From Octopus bimaculoides (taxonomy: Eukaryota): a stretch of DNA of 64,000 nt. Position 1 is the first letter of the stretch; every line of letters begins with the position of its first letter. This document shows positions 53,125 through 64,000 of this stretch, piece after piece. Where the stretch lies: positions 62,580,191 through 62,644,190 of the forward strand of contig NC_068984.1 in NCBI RefSeq assembly GCF_001194135.2. The letters are read 5' to 3'. The translations under genes and the position numbers were made by a program. A model generated the notes under the pieces. It was not told the DNA's origin. It saw nothing but the letters and a program-made list of their open reading frames with translations, and did not search any database.

Positions 53125-53193
53125 CTTCTGCAGGTCGATTCTTACGGAGGCATAGCGAGAGGGTTCAAGTTGTCTCGTCATTCTGTAGTATAA
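53125..53193. other. Segment exon-like on both strands (+: VDSYGGIARGFKLSRHSVV*, 53134-53193; -: MTRQLEPSRYASVRIDLQK, 53125-53182)
   Basis: Plus acceptor ttttctgtttgtcttaccttctgcag; minus acceptor tactacag and donor AAG|gtaaga. Confidence 0.3.
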
Positions 53194-53299
53194 TTTTGAT
53201 TTTTTAACGTTTTTTTTTTTCATCATTCAGTGTATTTATTTTTCAATCTGAGCTTTATATTTTGGTTATATATAATAAAAAATTATTTTCCTTTTTCAA

Positions 53300-54500
53300 T
53301 TTTTTATGCTTTCTTTTTGCATTGGTCAGTATCCTTTGCTTCTGGATATTTTTAATGTCTGTTTGTTGTTGTTTCTTTTTTGCTTGTCTTGTTCTGGAGT
53401 ATTATCTCGCTTCAATGAGACTACGTCGTATTTATGTTGGGTTTTATTCTATTTATATCAGCATTTCACTGATGGCTTCTAAATGTTTTACTTGTCCTTT
53501 CTTTAATGTTCCATTTAAGCTATTCCATTCACTTGCAGTTTTTTTTTTATGTTGAAGCTTCAGATTAAAACCATGACAGTAACCATTTTTAGACATATAC
53601 TTTTATTTCCTATACTGAATAGGGTTGTTTTAAATTACTTTGGCTTTTTTTCTCGTTTTCGTTTCTAATATCCCTCCATATAGTTTGTTTTTCATTTTAT
53701 GTATTTCAACTAGTCCTATGTATGTCGATGAAGGATTCTACTCTAATTCTCTTATTTCAGTGCTGGTTTTATTTGATGTTCACAGATTTATTTAATGTTT
53801 TCCGTTTTAAAAGAAGCTTTGTCACATTTTTCTAATCTCATAACTATTTTTATGTTTTGACTAAATTTGGAAACGCTTAGTTGTAGGATTGCCAAAAAAT
53901 TATGATAACCTTGTAAATATTTCCATTCTAAATAATGATTCTCTTTGGGAAATTTCAATAGTTGAGGGAATAGATTTGGTTTATGAATCCCTTCTCCTTG
54001 CCATATAATGACATTATTGCTGTTATCGTTTTCGGAGTGTTTGGATATTCTGTTTTGGAGAAATAACTTTGCTTTCTGCTCCCGTAGCAGTTTATTCTGG
54101 TATGTTTTGTAAAGCATTAGATACTACGCTAATACACCCATGGGTTTTGGCTGAATGCTTCAAATCTTTGCTGTTGCTTTAAATGAGTAATGTATTGGTG
54201 AGATTCATGTGATAATGATAGAAATTGTTCGCAGGGCTATTATATATTACCTTCTTTATCTCTGTTTTATTATCGTTTCTTGCATTGAATTTGCTTTCAA
54301 AGTTCTATCCCGAAATTTTAAAATCTTCTTTGGCATTGAGTGTTTTCCAGTTGTAAGTACTTTCTATATTGCTTTGGTGTTTGATTTAAATACCTTGTTC
54401 CTATGGAAGAAGCAGTCACATTTCTCGATGCCCCTTATCATGCATGCTCTTACTGAAATAATTTGTTTAATTTTGTTCTCTTCCGTTAAGTGTGATCAAT
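53300..54500 (-). mobile_element. Possible heavily decayed L1-like ORF2 remnant
   Basis: Purine-rich minus strand with Lys/Ile-rich broken frames (e.g. ORF 53788-54117, IRGIEK-like segment). No intact motif found. Confidence 0.3.
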
Positions 54501-54915
54501 TATTTTCATCAGAATTGTACATAACCTTCTGATTTACGATCTAACTAGATAATAAACATTTGTTATTATTTATAATTTTCTATCTATCTATTTTAACTTT
54601 CTATGTGGTAGATATTAGAATGCTCACATTATTATCTCAGATCCAGTATACATTCTCTAATATCCGTGAAAATATATATAAACACCGAACAACTATTGAT
54701 CATAAACATGCTCAGAAAAATATTTGTGTGCACATGTACGCAGGCCTGATTTTAATAAGCACAGGCGTTGCTGTATGGAAAGGAGATTGATTCCAAGTCA
54801 CATATTTCCGAGTTCAGTCCAACGCACGGCATTTTGAATATATTTTACTATGGCACTGAACAACCAAAGTCTTATGAGTTGATTTGATTAACGAAACTGA
54901 AAGAATACCACTCGG

Positions 54916-55043
<128 letters not shown>

Positions 55044-56089
55044 TGTGTGTGTGACCAGCACTTAATAACTGCTGTTTAGTCTCTTTACGCCTTCAAAACG
55101 TAGCAGTTCTGCAAAAAGAGGCTGATAAAATAAGCACCAGGCTTCAAAATATAGATTTGACCAAACCCTTCAAGGCAGTGCTTAAATATGGACACAGTCC
55201 AATGACTAAAACAGGTAAAAGATAAAACATAAATAATGTGTACTGAAATATATGCACATTTACACATGCTAGTACCTATGAGTGCTTATCTTATTGTAAT
55301 GTAATTACTAAGAGAAATAAGTTACGCGACGCTGCCCGAGAATAAATATGCAAGCTTGTAGCGAAAATAGTCTACTTTTGTTTATACTACATACACGCTG
55401 GTGCAAAGGTCAGAACATTTTAGTAATATTAGAATGACATTAGTAACTAATTGAAAATGAAATCCCAAAGGAAATAGAAACTAAGATTATGTATTATCGC
55501 AAAATATTGTTTATTGTTGCGAGTATTGTGTTGGTTGATATGAGTTGATGACTGATTGAGTCGTCTGAAAATATTTCTTGGGCTGCGTGAAGAAGTAACT
55601 GACACAATCCGCGAACAGTGGAGAGACATACTGCTTGCAATTTACGGCAAGTGTTACTGATACAGCAATCTCTGGCTGGCCCATCATAGCTGAAGACAAT
55701 TCTGTTGTATGTTCTTGGTGACGGAGATATTTGTCGACCATATGACCTATGTCTTAACTGTCTGGCTATGGTTAGAAAATGTACAGCGAGCAGCTGCCTC
55801 AGTATACAGAAAGTTCCGCCAAAACTGGACTTTTTATAGGGTAATAGAAAGAAAATTCCAGACGATTAAATCACGCAATGACTTCATACAGATTTTTTGC
55901 TTACTATGAGTACATCAATGACGTGAAACTACTGTTGTTCAATCATAAAGCATGACCGGCTTACCAAGCGGTTTGGTTTCGAATCACACGTATAATATTA
56001 TATAACACTTAAGTAAGAATAAAACTACAACGAAGTACATTGACCACAATTTCCATAAGATTTGTGAAATTCTGCTACGTAATAAGTGT

Positions 56090-57665
56090 AATTGATTCAA
56101 ACATAGCGTCACTATCCCAATGATCATTCGCATATGCAGATATCTGAAAAGTCGGTGGGCTTGCGGCTCGGCACCTGGAGAGGCAAGTCAACGCCGTCCA
56201 ACAGTGTCGATGGGCTGCCGGACGGACGGATCGATAAAGTTGCTTCGGGTTTGGTTCGGACCAGACCTCCAGGTGGGTAAGAAATAGCACGAGGTGACGA
56301 TCAGAGTAGCCAGTTTTATCCAGAAATGGCATGTGAGGAAGCTGTCACTGAAAGATCGGGCGCAGGTGGCGAATGCGTACATCGCGTTCGTCATCTACTA
56401 CCGCCTGATCACCGTGTCTTGCCCCCGTTCGCACCTTGCCAATTTAGCATACCTCTTCTTCAAATTCTTGTGGAGGGGACAAGTTCCGTTGGTACAGCGG
56501 TCCATCTGCAGCCAGCATTCTATACTTGGAGGGCTGAGGATGCCAAGGCTAATGCGTACGCATGCACCGAGACTGCTGCATCTCCAAATATTCTGCCAAA
56601 ACGGTGAACAGTTTTGGTGGTCATTTGTCAAATAGGCCTTTCCCCTGCTCGTCTCCTCGACTGGGCTTCAGCCCTGGGTTAAGGAGAGACCCAGGATGAC
56701 TGGCATCTGTTTCCAGGTACTCACTAACCTCTACCAGGCAGGACAATCGGTCAGTAGCACATCCACTCTTTAATTCTATACAGGGTTAGTGGTGGAAATG
56801 TGCGATGACGCACTCAGAGAGGTTTTGGACGGCAAAAAAGTTGAACTGACCAGTCTGTGCCTAAGGACTTTTGAACCTGGGACTATGGATAACTTCCAGA
56901 AATTCCTCGCTTGGCAGTGCTACTGAGGAAGGGGGGCATTGCCGGTTCCAGAGAAATTCTACACGCATGGAAATACTCTCAGACGGACCTGTCCGAGATG
57001 TATGCCGAGTGACGAAACCGTTCTGCATATACTCATCCAATGCCCATGCATTACTTACTTGCTTTGTTATCTTGAACAGCTGTTGCCGCATGTAAGATGG
57101 ATCCGGCTATCAGCCGAGTCTATATTAAAGACTGACGCACCACTTTCCTTTGGTCAGGAAAGGCAGGCAATTTTGCTCTGTCTGGTAGCAGTAGCGAAAG
57201 AGGTTCTTTGGTAGACCAAGTTGAAAGGACTGAGGTGAGACACGTTTCTCTGCGGCCAATCCCTTATCGACTTTCTCAAATTTCACTTAGAAAGGAAGAT
57301 GAGGGTGGAAAGAGAAGTGATGCCTCCAGTCCATTTGCTGAAAGATGGGTTAATGTAGCGAATCTGGCCCGTGTGTGTAGATCTACTCGAATAATGCGCC
57401 TGCAGGCTGATGAATTTGAAGAGGAGAAGTGTACCCTTTCCCAGTACCCGCGAAGAGTCGGGTGTTTCAGGATTGGTGTGGTACCTGAGCCAACACTGAG
57501 TGGTCATACCTCATACTGAGGAAATCTCATTGTTATATTTTTCTTGTTTAATGTTTATTGTTATTGTTTTCTTAACTGTATACTCTTTGTTTCGTATAAA
57601 AACCCCACTGTTCCGTCTACTGGATTGTCCCCTATATGTTGGCCCTAGTGGCCAATAAATGAAAT
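56090..57665 (+). mobile_element. 5'-truncated Tx1/L1-like LINE (YADD remnant, post-RT region, CCHC finger, 3' UTR with (TAA/CAA)n tail)
   Basis: SAYADI*; VEGPCRLLGVW; RKLSLKDRAQVAN...FKFLWRGQVPLVQRSIC...GGLRMP; CPRCMPSDETVLHILIQC. Paralogous to 48922-50360. Confidence 0.85.
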
Positions 57666-58816
57666 AATAATTATTATTAACAACAACAACAAAAACAACA
57701 ATAATTATTATTATAATTAATAATATTATGCATGCGCTTGTTGTTTCGTTTATTAATGAGTCAACGAAGTGAACACGTCCATATTCTATTTTCAAGCATT
57801 AAAATCAAGTACATTTCAAGACAATAACTTTAATTAGCGCATTCTATTCCCGATTGTTTGAATAGTAATTAGGTAATTTAGCTTCAGATGCTATGAATTT
57901 AATGGTGCCTCGGATATGAATTCGTTTGTTATCAATTTTGGCATGGATGTTATGTGACTTTAAACACAATGTTTGTAATGTATTAACATTTTCTAGTATT
58001 ACCAAAAGAATTACATTACAAGAATATTAATTAATAGTAGTTATGAGCGATGAAGATAGTAGATCGGAAGTTCGGGGGGCTAATTAGATTACTATCGTTT
58101 GTTTAGTCCCCCAATAGTTACCTCAAATTTCTGGTGATCGTTTGAAGAATATTAATATTTTATTTGAGACGGAAGAAAAGATATACATCGTCTGTTACAA
58201 AGTGGGATTTGGTGGATGAATAAGAAGCGTGTATTGGAAGCCGTTGCTGTTTTTATTATTGTTTTCATTTATTCAGATGTAGTATATCAAAAACTTCATT
58301 TTCCAATCAGTTTTCCTTTTTATAAAACTTTAATATATGATTTACTGACGGTTTACCTTGTATTTCTTGCCTTGCATTTCATTTCTTTTACCATTTACTT
58401 CTCTAAGTCATTCGACTTCCGCCATATTGGGGCGCCGCGTTTAAGAACGTTTAGTCGAATGAATCTACCCCGGTACATTTTTTAAAGTCTGCTACTTATT
58501 TCTAGGCTTCCTTGATTACATTCTAAATAAACACCAAATTTAAATATGGGCTGAGTAACAAGCATATTGCAGCCATAAACCTTGGATGAAATCACTACAA
58601 ATCTGATATAATTTACGTATGTTGCATACGATCAAATCATATGTGTGTGTGTGTGCGTGCGTGCGCGCGTATATATATCATAGGCATACAGGATTAAATG
58701 TGTGGCAAGAAGCTGACTTCCCAACCACATGATTCCGGGTTCAATCCCACTGTCTATTGTAGACTGAAACAAATAAAAGAATGAAAGAATGTATGCATAT
58801 ACATATACATATGTAT

Positions 58817-58862
<46 letters not shown>

Positions 58863-58979
58863 GTATATATGTATATATTTACACCTACACATGCATACTT
58901 ACGTGTGTATATATATGTATGTAAGTGCAGGTGAGATTGTGTGGGATAGGAACAGACGTGAGGTTATGGCGTAAGCGTA

Positions 58980-59340
58980 GGCATAGCTGTGTGGTAAGAG
59001 GCTTGCTTCCCAAAGCCATGGTTGCGGGTTCGGTCCCACTGCGTTAGACTTTGGGCAGATGTCTTCTACTGTAGATTCGAGCCGACCAAATCCTTGTGAG
59101 TGGATTTCGAAGACGGAAAATGAAAGAGGCCTGTCGTATGTATGTGTGTATGTGTGTTTGCATGCGTGCGTGTGTGTGTTTTGCTTATGTTTGTCTCACC
59201 AACGCTTGAAAACCGCTGTTCGTGTGTTTACATCCCTCTAACGGGAAAGAGATTGATAGAATCAGTACTTGGCCTAAAACGTCTGCATGCGGTGTCCCAG
59301 CATGGCCGCACTCCAATGAATGGCATATATAAAAGAAGAA
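58980..59340 (+). mobile_element. tRNA-derived SINE (family B), diverged
   Basis: ggcatagctgtgtggtaagaggcttgcttccc...gggttcggtcccactgcg...gagccgaccaaatccttgtgagtggatt...gtcccagcatggccgca. Confidence 0.85.
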
Positions 59341-59489
59341 AAAATAGAAAACATCCATCCATCCATCCATACATACATACATATATACATAGTGGTAAAG
59401 TGTTAGTCAGTGATCCTTGTCATGTGTTCGGACAATCAGTGCGTTAACTATCCACTCCAGCACAACCTGCTTAATCAGGAGAGTGGTTT

Positions 59490-60560
59490 TCACACACATG
59501 CGTACATATATACACTGGATTCAGTATTTCCTGGAGAAAATAACACAATATGTCATTAGTGGAATCCACTGAAGCCCAGCAAACGTCATCAGCAGTGTCC
59601 CTCCAGGGACTGTCTTGGGCCGCTTCTGTATGTAGTCTATATAAACGACCTTTCCAAAAAAGACAGCAAAGTGAAAATATTCGCTGATGAATCCAAGCTC
59701 CAAAGAAGACTGAACTGAACTGCAGTCTGATCTACATGCTGTATGCAAATGGGCAGACAAAAAACAAAATGCAACTAAACGAGAGAATGTTTGAACTGAA
59801 ATATTTTGGAAGAAAAACTATGCTAAAACATCCATAACCTCTTCCTTCGCGAGAACCACTCACAGCATCTAATGATACCAGAGACCTAGGTGTAATCGTT
59901 GACAACAATCTCAGCTGGAGTGCCTACCTCAACAATAAGGTTGATATTGCTCGTAGGACGAGCTCCTGGATCCAAAGAACCTTCCAATCTAGAGAACAAG
60001 ATGTCATAATTTCTGTTTTCTCCTTTGCTGCCCACTGTGGTCTGCCCATACAAAACAAAACATTTTGAAAATTGAATCATCCCAGAGGACATTCACTAAA
60101 AGAATTAAGGGTATGACTGATCTCGATTATTGGGATCGTCTTAAATCATTGACACTCTATTTCCCCCCAGCGCCGCTGTGAGCGATATAAATCATTTGAA
60201 CGATGCTGAGAATATGCCACCGCATGGCCCAAATGACCTCAACATTAATTTTAGAATTCATGCACGGATAGAATCACTGGCTATAGTTCCCTACCCCAAT
60301 TCAGGATCACAACACATAACTACACTACAACACAATTTCTTTTCCTCAACAGGCCTTGCACTATTTAACATTGTCCCAAAACAGATCAAGATGAAAAGGA
60401 TCCCGTCACCTTTAAAAGGAATCTGGACAAATTTCATCAAAGAATGGCAGATAAGCCACCTATACCTGGATACAAGTCACTCAACAAGAACTCTCTAGTC
60501 GAATGGGCAGTGATATCACAAAAATTTGAATTTAAAAGAATTTAGCTAATCCTACCAGGT
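59490..60560 (+). mobile_element. CR1-clade LINE RT 3' fragment, decayed
   Basis: SSVPPGTVLGRF (QGTVLGP-like), VKIFADESKL (FADD-like), RDLGVIVDNNLSW, then Q-R-T-F-T-K-R-I-like and LFNIVPK segments across frameshifts. Confidence 0.85.
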
Positions 60561-60848
60561 GGTGCTATTAAATTATACATGGCCTGGGCCAAGTTTTGGT
60601 GGAAACAAATGCAAGTTATATATATGAGAAATAATTGAGATTCAGTTGAATTAGGTTCTTAAGTTGAAGCACCTAGTCAGTCCGGTATTATCTGCACAGT
60701 TCGAAGTAGGGTGAATAAAATCAAAATAAGCAACAGGATATTAAGAAGTGATGCAGTATGACCGTTTCAAGCGGCTCCATTTAATTGAACATTGCAATCA
60801 TTACATCAATTTAAATACAGGGCTGTCATCAGCTGATATATATATATA

Positions 60849-61393
60849 CAGAGTTATTCAAACAGAATGAACCGATTTCATTACGCAATAGTTTAATAAG
60901 GAAAAGCAATAGAAACCACCAGCTAAATCACAAGTATTTACTCACAATCAACTTTTATTTACTGTCTTACGAGTGTTGAATGTGGCTGCCACCTGCAAAA
61001 TTGGCAACATTAATACGGTAAGAGAATTCCTCCCAAACGCTCTTTGTGCTTGGCTTGTAAGATCCCCAGACCCCACCGCGTGTGATTTTTTCTTGTTGGG
61101 ATATGTAAAAGATCGCGTTCGTATTCTACCACTACCCACTAACCTCCATGACTTTAAACATCGAATATCAACAGCGATCAACTCAGTGGTTTGTGATATG
61201 CTGATACACATCTGGCAGGAATTCTCTTATCGCAGTGATGTTGCCCATGCTGTAGGTGGAGGCCACATTGAACACTTGTATGACAGGAAATGTTGATTAT
61301 GAGTAAATAGTTGTGACTTAGCTGAAGTTTTGCATTGCTTTTCCTTATTAAAATATTGCGTACCGAAATCAGTTCATTCTTTTCGAATAACCC
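60849..61393 (+). mobile_element. Internally deleted Tc1/mariner element with both TIRs
   Basis: TIRs ttattcaaacagaatgaaccgatttc (~60854-60879) and gaaatcagttcattcttttcgaataa (61365-61390). Internal ORF RSPDPTACDFFLLGYVKDRV...GGGHIEHL (SPDLTPCDFFLWG-like). Confidence 0.85.
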
Positions 61394-61396
61394 CCC

Positions 61397-61451
<55 letters not shown>

Positions 61452-61892
61452 TTATCTATGTATGGGTATGTGTTTGAATATTCCTTTTGTTTCCAAAATA
61501 GGGATACTTCCAATTACAACGACATTTCCAACAATTGCATTTCAAGTATAAAATATATTAATATAGCCTCATATACACCCATTCAAAAGTTGTCATTATT
61601 ACATATCTAATTAAATTTTCTGTTAAACGAATTTTAACTCACAGTTACCACTAAATATCTACTGACGTATTCATCTATGATTTTCATATATTAACTTTTT
61701 GAGCATTTGGAATAGTTTAATTTAAAGAACAGATTAACGCATTATTCCTTTGATTTATGATATATATATATATATATGTCATGTACCCAGTTATGTATCT
61801 ATATGTACATGTAGATGAACGTATATACATACATGTACATATATATGCATATACTCATATATTGTTTATATATATATATATATATATATATT

Positions 61893-61963
<71 letters not shown>

Positions 61964-62019
61964 TGTGTGTATAAAGAAAGAAAATGATAAAGAGACCAAT
62001 GGCAAATTTAGAATTATAT

Positions 62020-62400
62020 TTTATGTATAAAGTCTTACAGCTGTTTCAGGGAAAATCCAATGTATCCCTTCATCGGAGACAGTGATAGTAGAAGAATTGA
62101 TTATTACATCTATAAGAGGAGATTTGTAGTAAGAAGTGAGAGTGATGCGTAGAAGAAAGAACAAAGAAGAATAACCGAAGAACACAGCCGGGACGTGGCT
62201 GAGGACTGTCGAGGCTATGTATGAAATGGGAGAATGGCCAGCCAAATTTGCCGTTGTGGGCATTAGGGGACAGAGTTAGGTTAAGAATATAGTTTGTGAA
62301 AGGGAGTAATATGATATTTAAGGTCAGCGATCCGGATGAGTTAGGAGTCTGTTAGTCTGGTTCTTTGGTAGGCTAGATGTGGTGTGTATTAAATTCGATT
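62020..62400 (-). mobile_element. Possible decayed CR1/L2-group LINE fragment (end of APE and linker)
   Basis: Minus strand gives NRLLTHPDR (resembles DLFLTSHPD) and RQIWL; weak. Confidence 0.35.
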
Positions 62401-62657
62401 CATACGGTTTCAATTTTTACGTCCTAATTTCTCCATGATATAACTAATTGACATGACTCATCATGGAATTTTACCTTATCAGTGTCTTCTTCTTTCTTGT
62501 AACTTATATATTTTGCAGTCTTTGCTTCACTTTTACACGCTCCAAAGAAAGCTTTCAAAAATACTGCTCGAAGCAGACTGGCTGACACTGTCATTTGCAT
62601 TGTACACATGTTTACTACTCCACACCAAGGAACACATCTATATTGACATATTTAATT

Positions 62658-62689
<32 letters not shown>

Positions 62690-63139
62690 ACAAATTCACA
62701 AGCACGTATGCACACAAACACATAAACACACGCGCGCGCATACACGCACACGAACACAAGCATATACACAGTCATGCACTCGTTTTCATTCAATGACTTT
62801 ATTAATTAGATATTCATATGATACTCACAAACTTCTTAAACAACACCACCAAATTTACATGAATGCATACATCTACACTGATATACACCCACCTACACAG
62901 ATGCCTGCCTTTTTGTCTCCTCCTTTATACCAGCTTTCTGACGCACAAACACTTTAAATACTTGCATTCACACACTGAATAACCACTGACTGATATTCTC
63001 ACTCTGAGCTATGTTCTCACATATGTCATATTTCAATATTCAGTACTTTACATTCTTTGTTTTTTTAATTATAATTTTTTTCTTTCTTTAATCAATTCCT
63101 ACCCTGTTTCTTCTGGTATTTTTCTGTTTCTGCTTTCAG

Positions 63140-63198
63140 GAATACCAACGTCGGGGAAACTTTTGCGGCGCTATTCCCTTTAAAAAATCTTTTATCAC
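63140..63198 (+). CDS. Candidate exon, product unknown (EYQRRGNFCGAIPFKKSFI)
   Basis: Very strong acceptor tttttctgtttctgctttcag, CpG-rich island in AT-rich DNA, weak donor AC|gttaag. Confidence 0.25.
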
Positions 63199-64000
63199 GT
63201 TAAGTTTATATAGAATTAACAGTACCTCGACCTTTGTATTTTAAGCTCCTTTTCACTAGATACTCACACATGTATATGTATAAATGAATTCGTTCATTAT
63301 ATATATGCGCGCGCACATGTGCGTGTGTATGAATGTGTGCCATATAAAATTGAATGCGGACGTATGAGCTGGTATAAATTTATTTTGCGTATCCATATTT
63401 CTTTTCTCAAGAATACGGAAATACTGAAATACTGAAATACAGAAATGATTCAATTCTTTCCCAATTTGTATGTTAAACAGAAATAAAATATACATATGTA
63501 CTTTCATAAATGATATACATACATGTCACTCCGTTTAAAATTCAAATATCATTTAATTTATAAGTTTCATTTGCAATCTATAGAAGACTTGTATTATTTC
63601 TGAAGTTCTCTATTTGCAGGTGAAAGATGCACATAATAAATTAATAGTACGACACAAACATCATTTAATGTTAAGTATATTGAATATTTAATTATATAAT
63701 CTGTCATTTTTAAGTGCCTGATCGTATATAACCATATGTTTGCATATGCTTAAGTACATTAATCTTCGGTGAACTCTCTAATGTATATTAGATACAGCTA
63801 TAACTTTATTGAGTACTACTTGCTAGTTTTGTTTTCATGTATATTATGTATGTGTATGTGTTTTGTGCATGTTGTTGTGTGTGTGTGCGTTTTTATTAAT
63901 CCACATTTTTTAAATAGGCAATAATATTACACATCTCACACACACAAACACGTACACACATTCACACACAGAGGCACACATGTATACAAGTATTTTATTA

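Overview
Eukaryotic, AT-rich, microsatellite-saturated draft-assembly sequence with nine N gaps. The recurring tRNA-derived SINE families and the LINE/mariner repertoire look like those of Octopus (host is my inference from pattern recognition, not a search result). I cannot confidently identify any host protein-coding gene; only a few isolated exon-like segments are visible. Almost all recognisable coding potential is decayed transposon sequence: a 5'-truncated Penelope-like element (RT + GIY-YIG), a full-length but mutated RTE LINE with a ~29-bp target-site duplication, four Tx1/L1-like fragments, CR1-group and R4/Dong-like fragments, and three Tc1/mariner remnants. The most interesting signal is non-coding. 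A repeat family carries a minimal type I hammerhead ribozyme motif. One copy sits behind a tRNA-like head directly downstream of the Penelope ORF (7300-7545). A second occurrence is a 332-bp palindromic insertion with two well-preserved motifs on opposite strands, inside a mariner remnant and flanked by a CATGA duplication (29500-29831). There are also two long fold-back elements and several nested insertions.
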